Of a stretch of DNA of 64,000 nt, positions 62,848-64,000 are shown piece after piece (position 1 is the first letter of the stretch; each line of letters begins with the position of its first letter). The notes beneath the pieces were generated by a model that did not search any database, had not been told where the DNA came from, and saw only the letters and a program-made list of their open reading frames with translations. The DNA is from Lama guanicoe. Its lineage: Eukaryota. Both the position numbers and the translations under genes were made by a program. Where the stretch lies: contig MU053881.1 in the NCBI GenBank assembly GCA_013239625.1, positions 6,719,957-6,783,956 on the forward strand, in the 5' to 3' direction.

Positions 62848-64000
62848 CCATGGGAGAATTTTAAGGAGCAGATTGGGAGTGGGAGGAGCTGAGAGCTCTC
62901 AGCTGGGTCAAGGACATGGCCTATCCCCTTTGGATGCCCTAGAAGCCTCTCAACAAAACAGGTTCACCGTGAATACAGATTGCTTTCAATGCCCCCACTC
63001 TACAGTTGAGAAGCAAGAACAGAAAGGTTAAGCAACTGAAACAAGGTCACACAGACTTCTCATGGCTTACTGAGTGTCTCTGTTTAGATGATTCCAACAG
63101 CTTTCTGCAAAGCTTGGTGTGTTAACCATGTGTCCTGGAGAAGAAGCCAGGGAGCTACGCAGGACTCTGGCTCTACCACTTCAAGGCTTCGGCCCTTAAT
63201 CTCTTTGATTCCCCATCGCTGTGGATGCCAAGGCCTATCACCTCCCTCAAACAGTCACAGTGAGGCATTGATTAGAAAATACTTGCCAAGTGCCAAGCCT
63301 AGTAAGAAACACTTCTGTTCCCAACATGCCAGCAATTACCTGAAAGTACTGGAGAGAAATGGCTGCCCCTCCTTACCCCTCCCACTCCCTTCTCCGTGGG
63401 GAAGGTGGGGATGATCTCAATGGGACAGTGGCGAATAGCCCTCAGATCTGTAGCTCAGCCCCTTCTTATAGCTGCCTCAGCTCACCGCCCCCACCATGAC
63501 ACACATCCTGGGGCCCGCCCCCACGGCTGTGGGCTGAGGGGGCCATGCAGGAGACCCCCAGTTCTCCAGTTGCTCTGTTTGAGACCCTACGGCTAAGTTC
63601 ACTCCCTGAGGCTGGAAGTTTTGGCTTCAGGCTCCCTCCTCCAATGCAGCTCCCACAGTAATAAAGGAGGTACCTTCCTCCGCATTTAACAGCTGCAACT
63701 ATTTCTCAAGTGGTCCACAGGAAAGGAATGGGATTAGTGGTTACCTTTGAACCTCAAAACCAAGCACAGTTCTGGGCACAGAATCCCTGCCCTAAGTAAT
63801 GCCACGGTTTTGTTTAGAGTGGTTTGCTTGGAAATGCTCAGAGATGCGGGGATGTGTTTGCGAGCGAGGGAGGGCAGGGGATGAAGAGAGAGGCCGAGCA
63901 GGATGGAGACAGGGAGAGAGAGGCTAGGGGTTGGGCAGCTCCCGGGGCCTTCACAGGGCACGAGGGAGAATAGAAGGGTCAGCCGTGCCCTGGGGCCCTC

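Noticed and set aside
51400..64000. Possible KCNIP1 upstream exon Ia or the nested antisense gene KCNMB1
   Set aside because: No matching coding sequence was found; both are expected much further upstream than this window extends.

Overview
Mammalian (non-primate, non-rodent, probably cetartiodactyl and possibly camelid) genomic DNA, almost entirely non-coding. The only protein-coding sequence I can support is a 61-nt first coding exon on the minus strand (50748->50688). It encodes MGAVMGTFSSLQTKQRRPSK, the N-terminus of the Kv4 channel-interacting protein KChIP1 (KCNIP1, exon Ib type), and ends at an AAG|GTAAGC donor. It sits at the edge of a CpG-island promoter (~50.7-51.4 kb). Positions 1-50687 are the start of its very long following intron, and 51.4-64 kb is upstream flank. 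The rest is ancient interspersed repeats (MIR, L2, L1M, MaLR/ERV LTRs, MER5A and Tigger-like relics), microsatellites, two long (CAT/CAC)n tracts, a compound minisatellite with a 265-bp duplication, and a 44-N gap. I found no convincing novel multi-gene system. The most interesting sequence-level observations are: (i) an ~80-bp diverged copy of a 5'UTR/promoter segment ~840 bp upstream, carrying an insertion that creates ETS motifs; (ii) a 5' leader with two tandem uORFs and a G-quadruplex motif, flanked by promoter G4 and Z-DNA tracts; (iii) a candidate frame-preserving 33-nt cryptic microexon next to a UG repeat; (iv) several homeobox/SOX-rich candidate intronic enhancers. Repeat family names and boundaries are assigned by eye from remembered consensus sequences and are approximate. 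All other ORFs in the supplied track are treated as spurious.
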